Below are positions 26,501 through 37,990 of a stretch of 64,000 nucleotides of DNA, piece after piece. Source of the stretch: Lama guanicoe. Its lineage: Eukaryota. A program made the position numbers and the translations under genes. Every line of letters starts with the position of its first letter. Position 1 is the first letter of the stretch. Where the stretch lies: assembly GCA_013239625.1 (NCBI GenBank), contig MU053379.1, forward strand, positions 1,482,974-1,546,973, written 5' to 3'. A model generated the notes under the pieces. That model had not been told where the DNA came from. It did no database searches and was given only the letters and a program-made list of their open reading frames with translations.

Positions 26501-27529
26501 CTGGACTAAATGGCCGCCGGTACTCCAGTGATATATTTCAGGGTTTTGCAGCCTACGGACTTTTGTCGCCCCTTCTGCTGAAATTTGCCATCCCGAGAGA
26601 CCCACGAAGCCGCCACCCAGTGCTCAGGTATCTGTGAGGACGCATTAGGTGGTGACACCCTGCCCAGTGAGGGAGCTGCAGGTTTCACTTGCTGTTCTTG
26701 AACAACAGAAAGGCCCCTCGGGAGCCTCCCAGGCCCCAAGGGGAGCAGCTTTGAGCGCTGAAGGCATGAGACGGAAAGAAAATGGGACGAGAAACTGCAT
26801 GATCTTGGGCGTATTTTTCTTTGAAAACAAGTCCAAAGCCTTCGGTTCAGAGGAAGTCCCGGGGGGTCGCCGTGTCTCGCTCACACTGCAGACGTTTCTT
26901 GTTTTACCGAATGGACCCGAGCCGCTAACGCTCGCGCCCGTTTTTGTCCTGCGTCGCCCTCCTGCAGGCTCCTCACCTTGCTGGGAGCACTCCCGGTTCT
27001 CTGTGGGGCTGCAGCTTGGCCCCCCTTCGGGCCTACAGCTGAAGGCCCGGGGGCCGCCTCTGCCTGGGCAGGTGCTGTCTGCTTCTGATTGCAGGTTCGA
27101 GTGTCGCCTCATTTGAGGATTAACTTGGCTGCTGTCATTAGGGTGTGCAAGCGAGGGGCCCGCTCCTGACCAGCACCTCGCATGCCTGTCCTCAGATGTC
27201 AGCACTCGAAACCAAACGAGGGGCGTGTTTGGGAGCTGCCGTCTGTTTGCTTTCTCAGCCTGACCTTTGGGCAGTGCGGCGCGTCCCAGCTGAGCACGGT
27301 TGTTCCTAGCGGGCTCGGGTGCCTGTGCTTGCAGTTGTGTGTCTGTTTTCTGGTAAAAGGATATTCCGTCACTTCTCGCTGGTTTTTCTCCCCCCGATGA
27401 AGGCCGGATCCTCGTCATTCTGGAGCTTCACTTTGCTTCCCTGTGTCAACCTTCATGTCACTTTTCCAAGCCCCTGTGCTGGTATTTCATGGTAGGAAAC
27501 CAGCTGTGCCCTGGAGGTCGTGTTTTATT

Positions 27530-28720
27530 TTATTTTTTATTTAACTCTGGACGGCCTTTTTTAGTGGTTGCCCTAGAGTTTGCAATCTGCGTTTTTAACT
27601 GATCTGAGCCCCCCTGCAAATCCCCCGGCCGCCTCCCGTGTGTGCAGCCGCCTCATGAGCAGTGTTTCTCGTCCCTCCTGCTCCTCGTGGCACCCATGTC
27701 ACTTTATATATGCTGTGCCACCCAAGGGGTTGTTACCATTATTAATTTATAAATAATTTTTTAGTTGAATAAAGAATAAGAAAAAGAAAAGATTGTATTT
27801 TACCTTAATTTCATCTCTGATGCTCTTTCTTTCATTATGTGAATCCAAGTTTCTGACCTGTATTGTGTCAGCATTTCTTGTAGATCGAAGAAACCCTTTA
27901 TTTCTCTTTCATTTTTGAAGGATAATTTTGCTGGTGAGGAATTCTAGATTGGGGGTGGTGGTATTTGGCTTAAAACTTTAAATACCCCACCGTCTTCTTA
28001 CTGGCATAGTCTCTTTGGAGAAGTCCTCTGTGATTCTCACCCCTGTTTTGGGGCAGGTAACCTGGGTTCACAGCCATGCTCCCCGACGCCTGCTCCACCC
28101 CAGCTTCTTTCAAGATGCTGTCTTTGTTTTTCTGTAGTTGGAGTATGATTTGCCTAGGCGTGGTTCCTGCTCGGCGTTCTCTGCGCTTCCTGCATCAGTG
28201 ATTTGGAGTCTTCTGTCATTAAGTTTGGGCCATTCTTGGCCATTGTTACTTCTCTGTTCTCTCTGCCTTCTCCTTCTGGTATTCCAGTTATGTGTATGTT
28301 ATACCTTTTGCAGTTGCCCCACAGGTCTTGGCTGGCCTGTTCCCCCTGCCACCCCGCCATTCCTTTCTCTCTCTGCATTTCAGTCTAGGAAGTTTGTACT
28401 GACCTGTCTTCAAGCCCACTGACTCGTCCCTTGGCTGTGTCCAGTCTGTGATGAGCCCGTCAAAAGCATCCTCTGCTTCCTGTCGAATCTTTCTTGGAGT
28501 TTCCGTCTCTGCTTCCATCACCCATCTGTTCTGGTGTGTTGTCTACTTTCCCCATTAGAGCCCTTAACATATTAACGGTAGTTATTTTTCCTTGTCTGTT
28601 AATTCCAACATCTGTGTTAAATACCTAAGTCTCATTCTGATGACCGCTTGGGTTTTCTGAGCTTCTGGCATCTGTAAACGTATGTCTTTCAATACACATG
28701 GGAAATTTAAAGCAGTCTTT
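27530..28720 (-). mobile_element. old L1 fragment with ORF1 relic
   Basis: Reverse ORF 28154-28378 contains DLWGNCKRYNIHITGIPEGE...QEAQRTP, a decayed L1 ORF1p segment. Boundaries are approximate. Confidence 0.75.
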
Positions 28721-29039
28721 CTCCCGACACTATTTCCTGCCCTGTTCTCCCTTGTCTCACTGGGAGGCGGTTGCCGTTCCCCACCTGTAAGTGCTGTTCT
28801 GGGCTTTGTTAGGCAGGAGGTTGGTCTGCTTCCTTACTGATACAGGCTTGCACTCTATTCCTTTACCGGCAGTGAGGCTGGGTTCGCTCCGTGCCCAGGC
28901 TTGTACCTCAGCTGCCTTATTATTAAAAGTAAGCTGGCAGGCAGCTGGCCACAGTTAGTGATTCTGTTTGTTGATGAAGTACAAAGCTAGTACCGATAAC
29001 CTAGAGTTTGCTAACGCAGTAGGCACTACTGCGTGTGGA

Positions 29040-29185
29040 TATATAAATGCGAGTTAATTAAAATTAAATCGGATTTGAACTTAATTTCCTCAGTCACCGT
29101 AGCCACGTATGGCTGGTGGCTGCCATCCTGGACAGAGCTGACAGGGACCAGTCTATCACTGCAGAAGATTCACTTGGACAGCCTA
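29040..29185. mobile_element. MER3/MER33-like hAT-Charlie fragment
   Basis: TTAATTAAAATTAAAT...TTCCTCAGTCAC..TAGCCAC..TGGCTGGTGGCTGCCATCCTGGACAG...ATCACTGCAGAA...TTGGACAGC. Confidence 0.6.
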
Positions 29186-29695
29186 GCCTAGACGGAGCAA
29201 ATTAAAATTTTGAGACCAGCAGCTGGACCTCTGTAAGTTCAGTAAGACTAGCATGGTTAAATATATACAAATACACATTAGACATACATGAGGTAGCATT
29301 TAAGCCAAAACATAAAACTAACTGCTGTCAGAGTTTGTTCCTTCCATGATCAGGTGACGTCAGCCTTTTGTTTCCTTCTTGCTTTATTGGTTCACACCAG
29401 GCTTTCCTTTCTCAGAAATCACATCGCTGTTCTCATGTTCCCGTCGCCAAGTCAGGACCATCGTGCTCATGCACAGGAAGGGAGTCCCTCCTCTTACAGT
29501 CCAGTGGAGTCTCTGCGGTGCTAGAAGGGCCGTGTGAAGCCTTCACTGATAACGTCAGCGTCCCAGCGACTCATGTTTTTGCATGAACAGCCTGCCTTTC
29601 CGTGTAAATGAGCTCATGTTAGGTTCCCAGCCGTGACCTGAAATAAATAAATAATAATCCGTTCTTTTGACGGTGCTTTGGGGAGCAGGTCTGTG

Positions 29696-29735
29696 GTGTG
29701 TGTGTGTGCGCGCGCGCGCGCGTGTGTGTGTGTGT
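29696..29735. repeat. (TG)n(CG)7(TG)n microsatellite
   Basis: 40 bp of perfect purine-pyrimidine alternation with (CG)7 at 29709-29722. Confidence 0.95.
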
Positions 29736-32029
29736 TTGTCCCCTGACTCTGGCACTCACATCTTCTGGTTGCTCGAATGGCCTGACACATGAGCTAGAAG
29801 TCAGCATCTTTGAGAGACTCGGTGTTTAACCAGGCTGTTGAGGGATTCCTGGCTCCGGATCCTTGACTGTTCCCACTTTCCCCGAAGTCTGAAGGCAGTG
29901 AGAGAACCACCCCCCAGCTTCTTTCGTAAGGCTGGGAAATTGCGGTGCCAGGTTATCAGACACTTCTTCCCACTACCTGCCAGATGCCCCCCGCCTACAG
30001 GTCACGTGGGCCCTGAAACAGCTCGCCTGGCTTACAGGGACATCCAAAAATGCATTTGGAAATGGACATCGTCCTCTCAGTGGCTCTCACGGGTGGGCAC
30101 ATTGCCCCTCCTCCAGGGTTTCTCAATCTCAAGCCTCAGTGGTCCCCCTTTTCCTGGAGGACCGTTTATCAGCTTGAACGTGACTTCTGCCTGGTGCTTC
30201 TAATCTGGCGAGTGGACCTCACAGCAAGTGGACGCTCCCACCTCCCCGTTCGTGCCTCTGCCGTGCGAGCTCCATGCTCCCCAGCTTTTCCAGTTGACAG
30301 CCGTAACCTGCCTCTCGGTGTTTCTGCGGTTGTGTTCAAGGAAAAGAGGAGCATTTGTCAAAAGTGAGGTTGGAAATGAGAAGCAGCATCTCTTGACCCG
30401 TCCACGTCTCGTGGTGGAGCAGAGGCCTCCAGGTGGGAGCGTGTCTGCTGCGGGCCAGAGGCTCTCGCGTCAGCGAGGGAGCCGGTCGCCCACGGCGCTC
30501 ACTGATGCTGTGAGTCGTGCTGCCTGACGCGGCGCCTCGTAGTGGCGCAGTTAATTCTGAAGGCGCCCTCAGTCGTACGCCCTTCAGGTTTCATGCTTTA
30601 TAACTTTATAAAGTCCCTGTGCCTGGTGGTTCACCTAAAAACTTCGAGAACCCCTGGGTGGAACCTCTCCGGATCCTGTCAGCTCTGTGATTCGCTGGGA
30701 GGAAATTGGAATTCCTAAACTATCTTTCTTTTAAAACCTTTCTTTGGAAAGCCATTTTTTAATTCCGAAATTAATGCTCACTCATTATAGAAAATTTCAG
30801 AAATGTCAGAATGCTCAGTGAAGAGACTGAAAGGCATCTACCATCTCATTATCCTAAGATAATCATTATTAACATAATGCTTTTCTGGTATTTTCTCTAA
30901 GCAGATAATTCTGTGTCTCTTTCTCTGATTTCACAAAGTTAGAGACATCTGTATGTATAATGTATACTGCTTTTATCATCTAACAGAATACCATGGATAT
31001 TTTTAGATCATTTATTCTTTTGCAGTAAACCTTATAATTTCTATCTGCACATCAAACATTTGAAGCATAAATTTCTTATCCCAATGCAGTAAAATATGTA
31101 GAATCTTTAATTGGAGTAAACATAGAAGAATAATGTATTCAAGCAAAATCTCAAAGCTCACTTTTAATTAAAAAATAAAGGTCTTAATCTGTGCCAAGAA
31201 AATACAGTTGTTCCCCAAAGGTGGAATGTGGGAACCAGTTTCAGGATTTCAGTTTTAGTATTGCAGGTGTGGAAAGAGGTATTAAAAGGCCCTAGTTTCT
31301 TAAGTTTGGGTTAATATTTCGATTAAAGTATAGGAGCAAATGGGTTGTTTTTCTTGCCTTTAAAATGGCAGTATACGGTCTCCAGGAATGACGCTGGGTT
31401 TCAGGTATCTCTTAGGGAGGAGTGCAGAATGTGGCCGGGGGGTTCAGAGCGCGAGGGGAGGTCTGGGGCAAATTCTGATCCCTCGTTGGGTCCAAATAGA
31501 CCCGAAGAACGTGGACTAGCTGCAGTTCCAGTTGGTGCTTCTCCTGGGAGCACGGGGACCTCGGTGTCAAGCTGGGCTGGGGAATGGAGGGCTGGTAATT
31601 CCACTGAGGCATGTTTCTCAAGAACGTGGCCTGTGCTGGGTGCATCAGGAAGCAAGCTCACAGATGCGGCGTCACCACGTGCAAGCTGCGGTCATCTTGG
31701 CTTTACCGAAGTTCATCCAGTTAGAGTTTAGATCTGAGGGAGTAGAAACTGCTCCGTTAAGTCTGGAATCTAGTTAAACTTACGGCGGACGCCTGCCTCA
31801 CAAGTCTTGGCAGGCCCGGCTGGTTTTTGGCGTAAGCTCAGAATTACAAGTAGAAGCTCAAGACGCTTGGACATTTTATCCTGAAGAAGCTGCCGTCCTT
31901 TGAGCAGGACTAAAAGTGCCCCACGAACAAGTTTTGCTTTGTGCCCTGTCCCTGTGCTTCCTGTAGGCTGCCTTGCCCTCTGCCTTCCCTCGTCGTTAAA
32001 GAACTTGGAAATGAGACTTTTGTTTTTTT

Positions 32030-32550
32030 CAAGGGATTTTATCCGTATTGTCTAATTTGTGGCATGAAGTTGTTGGTGATACATCCTTTTTATTCTTTTA
32101 CTGTCTGTGGAGCCTGTGCTGATGTGGCCTCTTTGATTCCTGACATTTGTCACTTGCATTTTCTCTTTTTTCTTGGCAGGTCTGGCAAGAAGCTTATCAG
32201 TTTTATTAATCTTTTCATTTATTTTCTCTTTTGTTTTTCTGTTTGAAATTTCATTACTTCCTGCTCTTATTATTTCCCTCCTGCTCATTTTGGGTTTACT
32301 TTGCTTTTTTTCTTTTAGTTCCTTAAGGTGGAAACTCAGGATTATTGGCTTGAAATCTTTCTTCTTTTCTGATGCAAGCACTTAGTGCTATGAATTTCCC
32401 TCTCAGCACTGCCACGGGTGAACGTCACAAATTTTGATTGTTGTATTTTCATTTTCAGTCGCTTTAAAATGTTTCCTAATTTGCCATGTGACTTCTCTTT
32501 GATGCCAGGGCCATTTAGAAGTGTGCTGTTTAATTCCCAGATACTTGGTT
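32030..32550 (-). mobile_element. L1 ORF2 relic (region after the endonuclease domain)
   Basis: Reverse ORFs contain WELNSTLLN, HLKELKEKKQSKPKMSRREII, EKINKTDKLLAR and IKRMYHQQLHA, all decayed L1 ORF2p motifs. Confidence 0.85.
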
Positions 32551-32618
32551 GGTGTCTTGTGAGCTCTAAGAGCGAAGTGCTAGTAAACTGATGTCTCTTT
32601 GGTGAGAAGGTATCTGGC

Positions 32619-32685
32619 CTTTTTTTTTTTTTTTTGTAATGTGTTTTTTTTCCTAACATTTTTTATTGAGTTACAGTCATTTTAC
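32619..32685 (-). mobile_element. very short 5'-truncated young L1 with TSD
   Basis: Poly(T) plus AACATTTTTTATTGAGTTACAGTCATTTTAC, flanked by AGGTATCTGGC at 32608-32618 and 32686-32696. Confidence 0.8.
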
Positions 32686-32878
32686 AGGTATCTGGCTTTA
32701 TACATGACAACACAGCCGGTTTTCTTACAGTAAAGTGAAACCATGTCGTGCTCTTGTGATATGAACTCGAAAGGGTGTCTCCAGCTATTCTGTTATGCTT
32801 GGTCACATATTTTAATAGAATTTGAAGGCAGATTTTGGGACTCTTCTGAGTAACGTGTCTAATCTTTGTTCTTTTTAG

Positions 32879-33480
32879 TGCATTATCATTGGGCAGAACT
32901 GGATCCTGAAAAATTCATGAAAGATGCTAGGCACCTACAGTACTTGAAGGATTTGGAACTGAATCCTGAAAAGGAAGATGGAAGTAAGAAACTGGGACCC
33001 TGATTAGCCCTGCAAAAACAAAAAACGAACACAAAAACAGAACACCAAAGGAGCGTACGCTTGCTGTCACTGCTGTGATTTAATAGAGGAAGTGGGTGCT
33101 GCCAGCGTGGGGGGATGCGCCCCACGCCGGGGCAGCGAGGCTCCACCCACGCCCCCCCGACAGAAGGGCCGTGTTGGCGCCTCTGATGTCTTGACTTGCT
33201 TTCGAAACAGGCTGGCCCAACGTCGTTCGCCATCGAGTCCTTTCACACTGTGGTGTATTTCTGCGTGTCCGTGACGAGTCTTAAATGCATTTATGCTATC
33301 TGTGTTTCCCCAGTGCTGGCTAAGCCAGGGCTCCCGTTACGGTGCAGAGAACAGTCACCAATGATAATGTATTATGTGAGACCTTCGCATCTTGTACATT
33401 TTCTCTTTTTTCTAAAAATAAATAAAAAACTCCAAACCTCAACAAACCACTTTATTAAACAAATCCCGCTATGTTCTTCT
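32879..33480 (+). other. DTD1: DTD1 terminal non-coding (3'UTR) exon; 3' end approximate
   Basis: The acceptor TCTTTGTTCTTTTTAG ends at 32878, with branch-like GAGTAAC/CTAAT upstream. The start TGCATTATCATTGGGCAGAACTGGATCCTGAAAAATTC resembles the recalled DTD1 3'UTR. The exon ends at a poly(A)-signal cluster. Confidence 0.8.
33417..33459 (+). terminator. DTD1 polyadenylation signals
   Basis: Overlapping AATAAA at 33417-33422 and 33421-33426, and ATTAAA at 33454-33459. TGTA motifs lie upstream and a GT/T-rich tract downstream (~33470-33500). Confidence 0.7.
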
Positions 33481-34987
33481 GTAAGGATTTTGTCTGTAGA
33501 AACATGATGTATCTGACGTATTTACACTTCACTAACCCTTTTTGCACGAGGCCTTCCCTGAGGGGTCCACACAGACCCCTGGCTCTGTGGTGAGATTCTG
33601 TCTGCGGTCATTTACAGTTGATGACATTCTGTGTGGCCATGAGAAGGCAGGAGAGGGGAGTGTACGTGGGAGGGAAATCCAGTCTCAGGAAGGCCGGAAG
33701 GCTGACACCACCGGTGGCCGCCGCCTCTGAGCCGTCCACCTCTGGCACGTGGGAGGAAAGCCATACACATGCCCCGTTTCCAGGAGCCACGTGGTTGTCT
33801 GTACATCCAAGTCCGTATCCCCACCGTCCTGTGAAGAAAGAAGCATGTTCTGCCAACCAGTTTTTCAGTTAGTTTTAATCTACTGGTTCAACCAGAGTGA
33901 TCATTTTCAGGCACTGTATGATGTCAGAAGTAATATGCATGTATATTACTATACGTAGTGTACATTTGTGTGACATCTATAATACGTTAATGCTTATATA
34001 AAGAGTTATCCTCTCTTGAAACACTTCTTTCCCATCTATAGAAGATGCATCCGTACTTGGCATTTTTGTGATGCCGCACCCATGACCTTTATAATCACTT
34101 CCGTGTCCCTGTAGTCTGACCCAGTGGTCCTACTTCAAATAAAGACATAGTTAGCAAATATGAAGGAATAAAAGCTCAAATCACATCTGCTCTGCACATA
34201 CAAGTACTTGGAATACAGAGGTGGAAAGGGACCTGCCACATTGCTTTATTCTGACCCGATACAGATGGTCCAGGAGGATCCACGATGGCATAAACCTGTC
34301 GAGGGGAAATCATGACATCCCAGGCACAGATCCCTGGTCAGCTGCCCCAGCTCACGAGCGGTGAGGTCCAGGCCACCTGTTTCAGTGGCCTGAGCCGGCT
34401 TTTACAGAGTGGGTTCAAATTCAGGTTAAAGTTACTTGAAACCCCAGTTTTGTAAAATCGGCTGTCGAGTCGTGGACTCGCTGGGCAGACCTGTCAGACA
34501 TTTCCCCACCGCCCTGTTTTATCCCCGCCGACGCACGCTCACTGACAGCGGCAGCCTGTCCTTGGGGTACCGGGCAAGAAGATGGCAGAGACCAGGACCG
34601 ATGGCTCAACACTTAGATGGTGGTGAAGTGGTGTGAGCCTTGTAGTTCACAATCCTGTCCTGGATCCCATTTCCAAGGGATTTGGACAAATCCCATTGTG
34701 AGCAGGATCACGTGGTCAGCTTGCTGAAGGGTCTGCAAACCATAAAGGGAGACGAGCTGAATTGGAAAAAAACCAAAACTGAATATCTGAAAGACATGTA
34801 GGAGACACTGGGTCAGGAAGAAAACTAGGAGCAATGGCATTAAGTTGCATTCACGTAGATGCTAGCTTGAAATATGAAAGCTTTCTAACAACGCAGTTCA
34901 AAAGCGGATGGCGACTTTGGGGGCATTTGAGCAGAAGTTCTGAGCCTCCTTATGTGTGGGGAGATCTTTTACTTGTTTTAATAAAAG

Positions 34988-35105
34988 TTCCAGGACGCCC
35001 CTTGGATACCAAAATCTGCAGATGCTTGAGTCCCTTATAGAAAATGACGTCGTCCAGTCGGCCCTCGTCTGCAGCGTCAGGTCTGCAGATACAGAGGACC
35101 GACTG
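34988..35105 (+). mobile_element. MER2 (TcMar-Tigger) internally deleted fragment
   Basis: TTCCAGGACGCCCCTTGGATACCAAAATCTGCAGATGCTTGAGTCCCTTATA...GATACAGAGGACCGACTG followed by TA. Confidence 0.65.
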
Positions 35106-37199
35106 TAATTTAAAAATCTTCCCTCCCTGGCAGTATGAAGAGCAGGGTAAATGTCAGAAAATGTTTGCTACTTTTGTAGCCTTGGATGGAAGGAAGCGTT
35201 TCCATCATCCTGAAGGTCACCTGCAGCTCCCAGCAACAGAGCAGAAGCAGTGTGTACACCGAAGGCGGGCTGAAGGGGTCAAACCCAACCACAAGGCAAG
35301 GTTATAAGGAAGAAACCCCGTGACGTCCACAGCGGCATCACAGAGGTGGTTAACTTCTGCCTTCCCCAACCCTTCCCTGTCTTTCTGAAGGTCATGTCCA
35401 AGTCTCACTGCGGGGCTAATGGCTACAATTGGATTCTGGGTGCAGTTCCACTTGCAGAGTATAAAATTCCCAGTCTTTACACACCCCCCCCATCTCCGGC
35501 TCCTCCTTTGTGCTTATTTATAAAGCTTGCTGTTTATTGCCCATTAAAACATCATTTGACCGAGGACGGGAGAGGGAATCGTACCATGTATGGCTCTTCT
35601 GAGAGGTCTTGGCAGACCGCAGGCCTGGGACTTTAAACAGAGCACTGCCCGATGACACTGGTAGCAGGGGCCGTTTAATCTTGCCTTCCATGGTTTACTT
35701 TATAGGAGACCAAGCTCTTCTGGAGACATAAAATGTAGAAATGTAGACCAAATAAAGACGCCTTCTGGGGCTGGACACTCCATAGCATCGCCTCGTGCTT
35801 GGTGGTCCCGGGGAAGGCATCCTCCCTGCCCGGCCACAGCCTGAGCGGAGGTGGACACCTATGGGCAGAGGGAACAGATAAACTTCGCCGAGGTCATGCA
35901 GCGAGTGAGCAGCATGGCCAGGACCCAACCCAGCGGCTGCTGAGCAGGGACACAGTCGAGAGGCCCTGGGCTCACCACGTGGGCAGAGCTGCACTCACCC
36001 TCAAGGTCACGCTCAAGGCCACGTCTCACGAGAAACTGCTGAAGAACGAGAACAAGTCAGCCTGGAGAAGACGCAGGCACACGTGATGAAGGCTGAGCGC
36101 TCGGCCGGGACGTCCCTGGGCCCCCGAGGGTCCTGCCCCTGCTCACTGCTCAGTCTGGTTTCTGCCCGTGTCCCCACATGCCCTGCCCTGAATCTGGCCC
36201 TACCCACCTGCTGGCAGTTGTCTGAACCCCCTCATCTCTCACCCCTCGAGGTGCTGCACCTGTCACCTCTCCCTCCCCCGGGCCAGCCCCACCTTGCCCT
36301 GCAGATCTCAACCCCTCTGGAGGGCGGCCCGGGCCCGTCTTCCTGCTGCAGGGGGCTCTCACCCGAAGCTCCTCCAACAGACACCCCAACACATTTCCTG
36401 CTCGATGCCCGAGTCTCAAACCCACCGCCCCCCAGGCAAGAGTCAAACAGAGAAGTCTTTTCAGGGCCCCCTACTGAATATGAAATATATTCTCAAAGAT
36501 TAACAAATCTGAAATACCATCACTAAAAGATACTTTCCAAAAATGAGAATTTAAGGTGGGTTTTCCCCCAGAACCTCTACAGATTGAAGGCACTAGCGTC
36601 TGTACCCCAGGAGAGAACAAAAACATTAGCAGCAACTCCCCTCAAAGCTGTCATTTCCGTCTCCATCTCTAACACCCATCACCGGCAGGCTCTGCCTTCG
36701 ACACTATTCCATGTCTTCTGAGATGAGGTTTTTTAACTCTATTTTTAAAAGACCCAAATCAGCAGTGAATTGCAAATTAAGAATTCTAAAAGTGCCTGGC
36801 TGAAAAAGGGCAGAAATCTGACACATCACTGGACAGAAACGCTCATCTCTCTTGTTTGGGAGTGGAACTTTGCTTGTTCTCTGAGCTTCCATCCCCCCGC
36901 AGGGACCCTGGGTGTAAGGGTTCAGGGAGAGATGTGCACCAGGCGTCAGCACAGCGCCTCATGGTGGCGCCCGCGGGGCACACCGGGCGCGGTGTGGCAG
37001 TGATGCAGCTCCAGGGGGTGGGAGCTGCCTTCTTGCGGTGTCTGCATCACATCTTTGGCTCACGCCGAACCTGCAGGCACCTGAAACCTGACGTGTATCC
37101 CATGTAACCTGTGTCTGGCTAGTGAGGATCCCAAATGAAGAATTCAATTGGTTGCTGTTGGGCTTGGTCCTCTCGGGCCCCAGTGTCCTGCTGCCCATT

Positions 37200-37480
37200 C
37201 CTCCATCTCTGTGTCACCTTCAGGCGTGTTCTCTGTGTCTTCATCCAGGTCTCGGCTAAACACGATGCACCCGTTAGAAATCTGACAGCTCAACAGATGG
37301 ATTAGTTACATTGTCACTCGGCCCACAGCCCTCCTCCCCATGTCACAGTTCTTGCTGAAATCAAGCTATAGTATGTTCACAGTATTTTGGTGATTAACCC
37401 AGTGATCCTGTCATAAAAAACAGTACAGCACAGCGCGTTACTTCTGAGCTCATACTGGCATCCAGGGACGGCTGTGTTCT
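37200..37480 (-). mobile_element. possible ancient CR1/L3 fragment
   Basis: Weak motifs TGTCTTCATCCAGGTC and CTTGCTGAAATCAAGCTATAGTATG resemble the reverse complement of the L3 RT region. Confidence 0.3.
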
Positions 37481-37839
37481 TTTCCACAGGCTCACAGGCC
37501 ATCTGTTTAATCATGGTTCTAGAATGTTTTCAGGAATCCACATTGAACTGGCCTTCCTGCTATGTCTGGAACCCGTCTTTTTGCAACTGGAATTTTGGAC
37601 ATGTTTGGTTTTTCTATCCCTTCTTTTCTTTTCAGAATATTTTCCAAGGTTATCAGTGGTAAGTCTGTTCCTCAGTTGCGTCTTGTAAGTTATTTCAGAA
37701 TTTCAAAACTTCATTCAGAGAACCTAGTGGGTCTGTCCCTCTTCACGTACCGCGGTCCCCAAGCCCCTTTTACCGTGTTCATGTTGCCTGTATTGAGTTT
37801 GAAACAAGTGACTCCTTAAATCGAGCATTTAACCGGGAC

Positions 37840-37990
37840 CGCAGCTATTCTGAGCCCTTCACGTATCTCACCTCTTGTAATCACCCATGGCGCTTTCATT
37901 GCTTCCATTTTACAACTGAGCACATTGAGACTTGGAGGGCGAGGTGATTGCCAAGAGCTGTGAATGGGGATGTGTACGAGGAACCAGCGA
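37840..37990 (-). mobile_element. MIR SINE
   Basis: Core motif CCATTTTACAACTGAGCACATTGAGACTTGGAGGGCGAGGTGATTGCCAAG. Confidence 0.55.

Noticed and set aside
26645..27418. 257-aa minus-strand ORF
   Set aside because: It has low-information Pro/Arg/Gly/Ser composition in GC-rich intron, with no recognisable domain or exon structure.
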